NCBI GenBank assembly: GCA_964606555.1
Contig: CAZSGU010000001.1
Location: 23,139-64,223 of the forward strand
DNA from: an uncultured bacterium
GTDB taxonomy: Bacteria; Fidelibacterota; Marinisomatia; Marinisomatales; Marinisomataceae
Reading direction: 5' to 3'
DNA length: 41,085 nt
This document shows positions 11,801 through 18,006 of the stretch, one piece after another. Made by a program: the position numbers and the translations under genes. How positions within the stretch are numbered: position 1 is the first letter of the stretch; each line of letters begins with the position of its first letter. The notes below the pieces were generated by a model that had not been told where the DNA came from, ran no database searches, and worked only from the letters and a program-made list of their open reading frames with translations.

Positions 11801-12028
11801 AATATAGATGTTAGTGAAAAGAAAGAAGAAGGCTCAAAAGATAAAATTAATTTTGCCGAGCAAAATTTTGTTGATTCATGGAAAACAATTTTAAGAGTAA
11901 CTTATGCTTTAACAGATAATGTTTCGGGTAGTCTTTTTTATGAATATAGAGTAAATGATACTCGATTAACAGGTAGAAGAACTGATAGGGATTTTGGAAT
12001 AAATATCAATGTTGCAATTAGAGGTTAG
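5822..12028 (+). CDS. sprA: SprA/Sov-like giant outer-membrane beta-barrel (type IX secretion translocon homolog)
   Basis: About 2068 aa from ATG 5822 (signal peptide MYRLFLLCCVIFFPSLLFG). SprA-type motifs YQGQEDDILQKLEAGNISL..GLFGVK, WDLMFKNVYSLG, YIDDFEGS, NGTEGN, PDSEDLD and WLDELRL, plus a beta-strand-rich C-terminal half. Confidence 0.88.
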   Translation: MYRLFLLCCVIFFPSLLFGADNLITNPFYKTKKINFCLNDISNYPIGIFNVKNSFTKYQVDFNINSNIISISESFLDNKNLLPYTSSIDDYFDSLYVVNQKYNLSKPFNFSPSDTTQAKAGKDKYVEIADFDIGRLGRASLKVQGNINLQGKLVNQDQELVRSSYKEREQTNFRFDQKQQLNVQGKIGDQVTISLDQNSERDFDWENTVRIDYQGQEDDILQKLEAGNISLSLPATEFVTFSGQNQGLFGVKAFTKLGPMSITSIASLERTKKESQKYKGTSELQTKRIQDYDYRKNLYFFIHDWFRNGATDIIPDNGFQLDVPSYYPLSNGLHPIGNLVVRNFELYKIDASNNPAADPGIAYIDPNDTDYYSDSSKEGAFIRLERGTDYRINEDLGFIRMQSSLQNEIIGARFDLTDRSTGNVVLSVGSDVGENGNDGLILKMIKPQSSHPNHPTWDLMFKNVYSLGGINIDQTNLSVRIVDNFSTPVSDRSNNGETFINLFGLDSLSQNGSSSPDEIIDLSNPNIVNLVSGEIHFPALLPFVSEETIVGGNANDNLNSLLQEGKMYTTTNRTEYTGDSRFTIEANYTSPKSSINLGFTLVEGSEEIYFNNEKLERGSDYQIDYFSGTIVLNNNIDPNGNIEIVYDKHDLVTFDRKIMVGSRAQVDFDENSFLGMTALYYNQDIVNKKVEVGYEPIQNFIWDINGRYERDLENLSASLNKLNMFDAEKLSRFKLEGEIAQVLPNPNSISNSSTGDGDGVAYIDDFEGSKRITNPSILRRFWHISSAPINIDTNQSFNQRDRLRMHWYNPFSQVLTNNIWPNVSTSQRAQNLTTDILVLNFEPQEYQTITNPDSLWAGITAPMFIGEYDQTRTKFFEIWLRGDSGKLTIDLGKISEDYDGNGILNNEDIPDAGLALGNGFLEDNEDTGLDGCFDAFEDGWGSCLDSSGSNYQDYLSAGESVLINASSDIDPNDPNADNWNYVEGSSEYEFVNGTEGNGTGDRIQPGGKYPDSEDLDQSGFLDRTNDYFTKTISLNDTTYVAGSTVIDDVPTGWKLVRIPISHFSKIQDITLSEIRYIRLVVSGVNQSSTLEIAKMELVGNAWEELGTSLVSENEYTIQDSTFLVTVVNDEDNPDYIPPKGVYGEYDEINQIRSKEQSLVLRFDNMNPNIKGGAKKILSSMDAKKGQSFLIYDKMKMYVYGNSSDIGENESDVDLFIEFGNGEEYYRLSQPIYDGWDEDENRNSIDLNLDWLTELKNVDSTSIEKLNDNDTFVDSTDYKGYSFINDNDQEYKKVEIIGNPSLSRLQYFVVGVENNSNHPISGELWLDELRLSGVKKEKGTAVRLKSEFNLSDLNQSSFSYVRKDADFHILQERLGTNITTESFVFTNQMQLGKLFPQDMGITFPLNMTYNMQNNTPKFLPGTDIRTSDSAPDSVITQSSTISLNGKISKRIKSENPFIRYTIDNLSTSFNISTQNRSDEIMKSVDTDRFTSSVDYNLKFPSDNYIQAFKWLKKVPIVGENMSETKFFYTPSSFSTGIKLNQNLVEKQSRATDEIVDDFNLGLNRTFALSYKVFDNFQFNYNRNVQTDMAEYRAKIFEALKELKIGDTTRNTESFASNFSPKWFSWFQPNFVYNTNYSWNKPRSSVIDGANIVSVRNNGVNFSLSATEILELFYTPASKRNVPAPRTRSREDLGAVSLENDENESEIIEDSTNNKKPKNKKERKINNSLAMERIYGWSKKIEPLSISINNTTNLTSNAIQGKVPLKYRFGLSDTHGLDHASEVGLNTGVDDIKKSLSIRSGIKFDSNTSMNISFSESISSNLNGYGIDIRSINRDYFAYGEHLSDGLPFSNWSFRIGGLEKIKFISPYVNSLSIEHAFNGKQNVSWKFNETGIGAIDLLQISSFVSDNDDYTQFSRVSRNFTPLIGITTSFKNGISTNIRTNITHTLDEVPNGLTYISENSVLASLTYNFTKGIRVPLPFTERNIYLKNNINLTLNIDVSEKKEEGSKDKINFAEQNFVDSWKTILRVTYALTDNVSGSLFYEYRVNDTRLTGRRTDRDFGININVAIRG

Positions 12029-12029
12029 A

Positions 12030-12947
12030 ATGAGATTTATATTAATAGCAATTATCGTATTTGGTTGTAGTAAACAAGAATTAGTAGAAGTGCCACATTT
12101 TAGTGGGGTAAAGGCATTTCAATATTTAGAAAAGCAATGTGAATTTGGACCAAGAAATCCTGGTTCAACCGGCCATAAGGAATTTGCAAATTATTTAGAA
12201 AATTTTCTTAAAGAACATTCTGATAATATTTTAATTCAAAATTTTGAATATGTTGAGCCGGTGACAGAAAGCTTAAGAAAAGGAAAAAATTTTATTGTTC
12301 AGTTTAATCAGGATGCAAAGTATCGATTATTAATTGGAGCACATTGGGATACTCGAGCTGTTTCTGAACAAGATAAGAATATAGAAAACAAAACACTTCC
12401 AGTGCTTGGAGCAAATGATGGTGCAAGCGGTACAGCAATATTGATGACTCTATATGACCTGTTTACAGCTGAGGAACCTCCAATTGGGATTGATTTAGTA
12501 TTTTTTGATGCCGAAGATGTTGGAAGATCATTTGAAGGCACTACTTTTGCTGTCGGTTCAGAATTTTTTTCTAAAAATCTTCCTATTGAAAAACCTAATT
12601 TTGCTATTATTGTTGATATGGTTGGAGATAAACAATTGAATTTACCTATTGAAAGATTCTCTTATAATATTGCTCCTAAAAAAGTAAAGGAGATTTGGGA
12701 TATGGCAGAAGATCTTTCCTTAAATGCTTTTGAGAAGAGGATTGTTGAAGAAATTTATGATGATCATGTTCCGTTATGGAACAATGCGCAAATTCCTGCT
12801 ATTGATATTATTGATTTTAAATATCCTAATTTGTTTTACAATCATTGGCATACACAACAAGATATTCCTGAAAATTGTTCTCCAAAAAGTTTAGAGCAGG
12901 TTGGTACTTTATTATTAAATTATATTTATGTTTCAGATCACAAATAA
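12030..12947 (+). CDS. M28-family lipoprotein, probable glutaminyl cyclase (bacterial, animal-type fold)
   Basis: Lipobox VFGC after ATG 12030. Motifs GAHWDTR, GANDGASG, FFDAEDVG, DMVGD, DDHVP and HWHTQQD match Bacteroidota glutaminyl cyclases as I recall them. Confidence 0.8.
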   Translation: MRFILIAIIVFGCSKQELVEVPHFSGVKAFQYLEKQCEFGPRNPGSTGHKEFANYLENFLKEHSDNILIQNFEYVEPVTESLRKGKNFIVQFNQDAKYRLLIGAHWDTRAVSEQDKNIENKTLPVLGANDGASGTAILMTLYDLFTAEEPPIGIDLVFFDAEDVGRSFEGTTFAVGSEFFSKNLPIEKPNFAIIVDMVGDKQLNLPIERFSYNIAPKKVKEIWDMAEDLSLNAFEKRIVEEIYDDHVPLWNNAQIPAIDIIDFKYPNLFYNHWHTQQDIPENCSPKSLEQVGTLLLNYIYVSDHK

Positions 12948-13977
12948 ATTTTTGTTTATTACTATTTTTTTAATGAGTTGCTCAGGAGGTGGAGGTTCTT
13001 CTACGGGTCCTGATGATGGATCTGATGGTAGCGATACTGGTGGAGGAGATTCTTATACTTTTCCTAATGCAACTAATTTTGATCAAGAAAATCAAATTGA
13101 AGTGATTTCTTGGAATATTCAAACATTCCCACAACTAAGTACTACTCCAAATTATGTTAAAAGTTTACTTGAAACTTGGAATGCTGATCTTTATTTATTT
13201 CAGGAAATTATTGATAAAAATACATTAATCAATATGGTAAACTTAATGCCAGAGTATTCCTATGTTATTTCTGGCGAGACAAGTAATATGCATTTTGCAT
13301 TAGTATATAAAATTGCAAATTCAGATTGTTCTGCTTGTGGTATAGTAAACTTTAATTATAGCAATGAATTGTGGTCTGATACGGCAAACTATAATGATAA
13401 TGATAATGATCCTGCTAATAATGCCAAATATCAATTTGCAAGCAGACCTCCCATGGAAAATTTTGTTACTTGGACAAATGGCACTAAATCAGTTGATCTC
13501 TATCTTATTGATATTCATTACAAATGCTGTGGTGATAATACTTTAGATCTTTCCAATAAAGGCTCTGAAACAACAAGAAGACATTACGCAAGTACGCTTC
13601 TTAGAGATTATGTCATTAATCAGAGAGCGAGTGATTATGTAATGATTGTAGGAGATTTTAACAATATTGGTGAACAATCTATATCAAATCCTTCAATTGC
13701 TCCATTAACAGATCCTGATATCAATTCTAATTATTTCAAGATGGCAGACGAATATATTTTCGATCAAAGTAATTCTACTTGGTCATGGCAAGGGTGGAGA
13801 AGTTCATTTGCTCCCTCTCATCTTGATCATGTAATAATTAGTCAACCACTCTTTCAGTTTGAATCTGTCTCTAATTCTGGAATAATTGATATGCTTACCG
13901 AAACTGGGATGTCAGCATATGATATTGATGATAAACTTTCAGATCATAAACCATCTTATTTTAGATTCTATCCATAA
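12928..13977 (+). CDS. Endonuclease/exonuclease/phosphatase (EEP) family lipoprotein
   Basis: Lipobox LMSC and a Gly/Ser/Asp linker, then SWNIQ, FQEI, HYKCC, VGDFN, HLDHVII and SDHKP motifs. Confidence 0.88.
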   Translation: MFQITNKFLFITIFLMSCSGGGGSSTGPDDGSDGSDTGGGDSYTFPNATNFDQENQIEVISWNIQTFPQLSTTPNYVKSLLETWNADLYLFQEIIDKNTLINMVNLMPEYSYVISGETSNMHFALVYKIANSDCSACGIVNFNYSNELWSDTANYNDNDNDPANNAKYQFASRPPMENFVTWTNGTKSVDLYLIDIHYKCCGDNTLDLSNKGSETTRRHYASTLLRDYVINQRASDYVMIVGDFNNIGEQSISNPSIAPLTDPDINSNYFKMADEYIFDQSNSTWSWQGWRSSFAPSHLDHVIISQPLFQFESVSNSGIIDMLTETGMSAYDIDDKLSDHKPSYFRFYP

Positions 13978-13978
13978 A

Positions 13979-14731
13979 GTGAATTATTTTTCTTTTTTTG
14001 CACTATTTTTTTTATTAATAAGTGCAATTTTTTCTCAAGATTTTGAAGAAATTGATTCTAATCTTCTCAACCGAAATTTTGAAGATACTATTATTCCTTT
14101 AAATAAATTAAATACAGAATATCCAAAAAATTTAGAAATATTAGTTCGGCTTTCAGCAGCACATCATTTATTATCAGAAAAAGTGTATGACAAAGCAATG
14201 GATATATATCATCTAGATAAATCACTTCATTATATTACAGAAGCTATAAAAATTGATTCAACACATGGGGAAATTCATAAATGGTATGCACTTGCATATG
14301 GAAAAAAACTCGAAAATGCTAATATTAGAACTCAAATTGAAGGTTCTAAAATAATTGCTTTTCATTCCACTGAAGCAATTAAAAAATTACCTGATGATCC
14401 ATATTGCTATAATGTAATGGGACAATGGCATTATCGTTTAGCAGATTTAGGAAAAGTATCACGAAAACTAGCACAAATTATTTTTGAAGAACCCCCAGAA
14501 GGATCATTTGAACTGGCAGAGTCTTATTTTAAGACAAGTATTGTATTAGAACCAGAATATATAGGTACTTATTATTGGCTCGGAAAAACATATCAGAAGT
14601 TAGGTAAATCTGATGATGCCCTAGTGGTATTTAAAAAAGGAATTAAATTATTGCCTCCATATAAAAGAGAGGAAGCAATGTATAAAGAAATGATTAAAAT
14701 TCTTGAAAAGAATGACAGAAAAAAATCTTAA
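13979..14731 (+). CDS. Secreted TPR protein resembling regulator of microtubule dynamics (RMDN/FAM82) TPR domain
   Basis: Probable GTG start at 13979 gives a signal peptide. HKWYA...AIKKLPDDP...MGQWHY...RKLAQIIFEEPPEGSFELA..YF...LGKTY parallels RMDN1. Confidence 0.7.
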   Translation: MNYFSFFALFFLLISAIFSQDFEEIDSNLLNRNFEDTIIPLNKLNTEYPKNLEILVRLSAAHHLLSEKVYDKAMDIYHLDKSLHYITEAIKIDSTHGEIHKWYALAYGKKLENANIRTQIEGSKIIAFHSTEAIKKLPDDPYCYNVMGQWHYRLADLGKVSRKLAQIIFEEPPEGSFELAESYFKTSIVLEPEYIGTYYWLGKTYQKLGKSDDALVVFKKGIKLLPPYKREEAMYKEMIKILEKNDRKKS

Positions 14732-15635
14732 AGATATTATTACAGAAAAAGCACTTCATTTAGGATTCGATAAAATTGGTTTTGCTAACCCTTCGCATAA
14801 AGTGGATTCTAATAATTATTTTGATGAATGGATCAAATCAAATTATCATGGTACAATGAAATGGATGGAATCAAGAAAAGAGGAACGAACAAATATATTT
14901 AATTATTTTCCTGAAGTAAAAACTGTGATTTCATTAGCATTTAATTATTTTACAAAGAGAAGTTCTGAATTTTCAAAAAATTATAATTCAGATATCAAAT
15001 TTAGTAATTATGCATGGGGGGATGATTATCATAAAGTCATTAAAGATAAACTTCACCTTATCAAAGATACAATTTCTGATTATGATTCATCTATCAAAAC
15101 CTTGGTTTGTGTAGATACTGCACCAATTATGGAGAAAAAATGGGCAGAAAAAGCAGGTATTGGATGGCAGGGGAAGAATACAAATCTTCTTACCAAAGAT
15201 TTGGGAAGTTGGATATTTTTGGCAGAAATACTGATTGATCAAGAAATAGAGTATGATATTCCTTTCAGTGAAGATTTGTGTGGTACATGTACGGCATGCA
15301 TCGATGCATGTCCAACAAATGCTTTAACAGAATATAAAATAGATTCCAATAAGTGTATCTCGTACCTTACTATTGAGTATAGAGAAGATTTTAAAAATGA
15401 AAATTTACATGATTGGATTTATGGATGTGATATATGCCAAGAAGTATGTCCATGGAATATTAAATTTGAACAGGTAAAAAAAGACCAACAGTTTGAACCA
15501 AGAGAATCATTGGTTAATTTTTTTCAATCAAACTGGAACAATTTAAGTGAAGAGACTTTTCAATCAAGTTTTTCGAATTCTGCTGTAAAAAGAACTAAAT
15601 ATAAAGGACTAAAAAGAAATATTGAGTCCTTATAA
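14712..15635 (+). CDS. queG: tRNA epoxyqueuosine(34) reductase
   Basis: YAWGDDYH, VDTAPIMEK, GIGWQGKN, CGTCTACIDACPT, CISYLTIE and GCDICQEVCPWN motifs. Confidence 0.96.
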   Translation: MTEKNLKDIITEKALHLGFDKIGFANPSHKVDSNNYFDEWIKSNYHGTMKWMESRKEERTNIFNYFPEVKTVISLAFNYFTKRSSEFSKNYNSDIKFSNYAWGDDYHKVIKDKLHLIKDTISDYDSSIKTLVCVDTAPIMEKKWAEKAGIGWQGKNTNLLTKDLGSWIFLAEILIDQEIEYDIPFSEDLCGTCTACIDACPTNALTEYKIDSNKCISYLTIEYREDFKNENLHDWIYGCDICQEVCPWNIKFEQVKKDQQFEPRESLVNFFQSNWNNLSEETFQSSFSNSAVKRTKYKGLKRNIESL

Positions 15636-16409
15636 TTTTTTTACTTTTTTATAGTCCTCAGGAATTTTAAATCTCTCTGGCAATAGTTTTGTATTTGAAT
15701 ATTCTAATAAATTATAAGTGAAGGTTCCGTCTTTGTTAATTGTCTGTAATTTTACCATTACTGCATCTTTGTTAATATTGTATTCTTCAAATGGAATATT
15801 CATTTCATTAAAACCTAAACTTGGAGGGATTGAACCATTAAATATATTTTCTAATTTTTTGCGTGTTGATTCTATAATTGGAGATTTGAGAGTTTTTTCT
15901 GTAAACCATATAAACATGTTTAATTCTTCTTCGTCTTCTTGAATTGTAATTTCTGCTTTTCTAGTCTCAAAACTATTCAAAACTTCAATTTCTTCTCCAA
16001 TCGTAACAGTTTCCTCTTCTTCTTCTTCGTTTGTTTCATTGCTTTCCGAGGGCGGTCCTCTTTCTCCATCATCTTCATCATTTTCTAAGAATTCTGATAA
16101 TGGATAGATTACATATTTTTTTTTCTTATGATTGATTTTTGTTACCAAAGAATCTTCAAGTGAAATAATATATCCTTCTTCTCTTTTTATATTAAATACA
16201 CGGAGTATCTTAATGTGAAAATTACTTTTGATATAGTATGTGTCTTCAGAGAAATATCTATTGATACTTCCTTCCATTGTTCCTTGAGAGAATGAACCTT
16301 TTATTTCTTCGTTAATATAAAGAGAAGATTGTCCGTATAAATTATTTAAAGGAAATAAGAATAAGAAAAAAGCTATTTTAACAAAGTTATTATAAACCAG
16401 TTTCTTCAA
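15630..16409 (-). CDS. Secreted hypothetical protein (DUF4412-like)
   Basis: Likely TTG start at 16409 gives MKKLVYNNFVKIAFFLFLFPLNNLYG|Q. INHKKKKY, an acidic linker, IWFTE and a C-terminal FKIPEDYKKV resemble DUF4412/GLPGLI-type proteins. Confidence 0.6.
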   Translation of the reverse strand: MKKLVYNNFVKIAFFLFLFPLNNLYGQSSLYINEEIKGSFSQGTMEGSINRYFSEDTYYIKSNFHIKILRVFNIKREEGYIISLEDSLVTKINHKKKKYVIYPLSEFLENDEDDGERGPPSESNETNEEEEEETVTIGEEIEVLNSFETRKAEITIQEDEEELNMFIWFTEKTLKSPIIESTRKKLENIFNGSIPPSLGFNEMNIPFEEYNINKDAVMVKLQTINKDGTFTYNLLEYSNTKLLPERFKIPEDYKKVKKL

Positions 16410-17325
16410 CTGTTTTCTTAACTTCTGAGAGGGTTTTATCCAATGCATTTTTTTCTTCTTCATTGAGTTCAAATGTAAGAATTTTTTCTACTCCATCGCT
16501 ACCAATTACTGTTGGTACTCCAATGAAGTATCCATCGATATCAAATTCACCTTCACACAATGAAGCACATGGAATAACTCTTTTTTTATCTTTAACAAAA
16601 CTTTCAACCATTTCTACTGCAGATTGTGCTGGAGCATAAAATGCTGATCCTTTGCCAAACAGTTTGACAATTTCACCACCACCAAATCTTGTTCGTTCTT
16701 CGATTGCACTGATTTTTTCTTCACTTAATAATGCGTGTAATGGTACTCCTCCAACATTAGCTAATCTACTAACTGGTACCATTGTATCTCCGTGACCTCC
16801 AAGTACCATACAGGTAACATCTTGAGAAGAAAGATTAGTTTCTGCAGCTATAAATGATCTAAATCGTGCACTGTCTAGCGCTCCTGCCATTCCCACTACT
16901 TTATTTTTCTCAAATTCAGAGACTTTATAAAATGTATATACCATAGCATCTAATGGGTTAGATACAACAATAACAAATGCGTCTGGAGCATGTGTTTTTA
17001 CTTCATTGGCTACATTTGTCATAATAGATAAATTCTTACTTAGCAAATCTTCTCTGTTCATTCCAGGTTGTCTTGGAAATCCTGCAGTAATCACTACTAC
17101 ATCAGAATCTTTTATTTCTTGGAAATTTGATGATCCGACTAATTTAGCATCAAATCCATCGTGAGGAAGAAGTTGCGATATATCTAATGCTTTTCCTTTG
17201 ACAAAATTTTCAGCTTCAGGAATATCAATAATAACAATATCCCCCAATTCTTTTTGAGCTGCTAGAAGGGCAATATTACCACCAACTTGTCCACCCCCGA
17301 TTAGTGCTATTTTTTTTCTTGGCAT
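16390..17325 (-). CDS. mdh: Malate dehydrogenase (LDH-like)
   Basis: GGGQVG, TAGFPRQPGMNREDL, SNPLDAM, LDSARF, GGHGDTM and GSAFYAPA motifs. Confidence 0.96.
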   Translation of the reverse strand: MPRKKIALIGGGQVGGNIALLAAQKELGDIVIIDIPEAENFVKGKALDISQLLPHDGFDAKLVGSSNFQEIKDSDVVVITAGFPRQPGMNREDLLSKNLSIMTNVANEVKTHAPDAFVIVVSNPLDAMVYTFYKVSEFEKNKVVGMAGALDSARFRSFIAAETNLSSQDVTCMVLGGHGDTMVPVSRLANVGGVPLHALLSEEKISAIEERTRFGGGEIVKLFGKGSAFYAPAQSAVEMVESFVKDKKRVIPCASLCEGEFDIDGYFIGVPTVIGSDGVEKILTFELNEEEKNALDKTLSEVKKTVEETGL

Positions 17326-17327
17326 TT

Positions 17328-17582
17328 TTAATTTTTGTCAACTACGCTTACAAAAGTATTTTTACCTTTTTTGCTAAATTTTACAATGCCATTAGATGTT
17401 GCAAATAAAGAGTCATCATTTGATTTTTTTACATTACGTCCAGGATGATATTTTGTTCCTCTTTGTTTAACAATGATACTTCCAGATAGAATAGTTTGAC
17501 CATCGTTAGTTTTAATTCCGAGTCTTTTTGATACTGAATCTCTTCCATTTCTTGAACTTCCTTGTCCCTTTTTATGAGCCAT
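17328..17582 (-). CDS. rpmA: 50S ribosomal protein L27
   Basis: [16 protein letters not shown]...[13 protein letters not shown]; upstream SD GAGG. Confidence 0.98.
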   Translation of the reverse strand: MAHKKGQGSSRNGRDSVSKRLGIKTNDGQTILSGSIIVKQRGTKYHPGRNVKKSNDDSLFATSNGIVKFSKKGKNTFVSVVDKN

Positions 17583-17594
17583 ATATCTACCTCT

Positions 17595-17969
17595 TTATTT
17601 CTTTTTTGTAGTGCTTGCAGCTTTCTTTTTTGTAGTGCTTGCAGCTTTCTTCTTTGTACCGGTAATTGATTGAATTTGAATCATAGTTAAGTCTTGTCTA
17701 TGACCATTTTTTCTTTGATAACCTTTTCTTCTTTTCTTCTTGATTACAAGCACCTTCTTATCTCTTGTATGATCAATAACTTTAGCGCTGACTTTATAAC
17801 TGCTTAATTCTTTCGGATTAAAGATATTAGTATTTTTGTCTAATACTGCTTTAATATTATCAAATTTTACAATCTTACCTGTTTCTAAGTCAATTTTGGA
17901 ATCAACCATAACAGTATCACCCTTAGAAACCTTATATTGTTTTCCATATATTTCTACAATTGCAATCAT
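17595..17969 (-). CDS. rplU: 50S ribosomal protein L21 with Lys/Ala-rich tail
   Basis: AIVEIYGKQYKV...KKKRRKGYQRKNGHRQ. Confidence 0.97.
   Translation of the reverse strand: MIAIVEIYGKQYKVSKGDTVMVDSKIDLETGKIVKFDNIKAVLDKNTNIFNPKELSSYKVSAKVIDHTRDKKVLVIKKKRRKGYQRKNGHRQDLTMIQIQSITGTKKKAASTTKKKAASTTKKK
17598..17657. repeat. 24-bp tandem repeat (2 exact copies plus a partial) at the rplU 3' end
   Basis: tttcttttttgtagtgcttgcagc at 17598-17621 and 17622-17645, then tttcttctttgt; it encodes KKKAASTT repeats. Confidence 0.9.
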
Positions 17970-17977
17970 AGCGTGCG

Positions 17978-18006
17978 AACTTAATAGCTAATTTATTCCC
18001 TTTCAA
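17978..18006 (-). promoter_or_regulatory. Putative promoter for a leaderless or near-leaderless rplU transcript
   Basis: TTGAAA-17-TAAGTT-8-ATG, with no SD in the 8-nt gap. Confidence 0.55.

Noticed and set aside
13390-13412. (GATAAT)n microrepeat in the EEP gene as a phase-variation tract
   Set aside because: Only about three in-frame 6-bp units encoding NDNDND; slippage would not shift the frame.
5774-16472. Long N-terminal extensions in the ORF track (starts 5774, 12009, 13886, 14703, 16472)
   Set aside because: They overlap upstream genes extensively; downstream starts (5822, 12030, 13979, 14712, 16409) give proper signal peptides or typical coupling.
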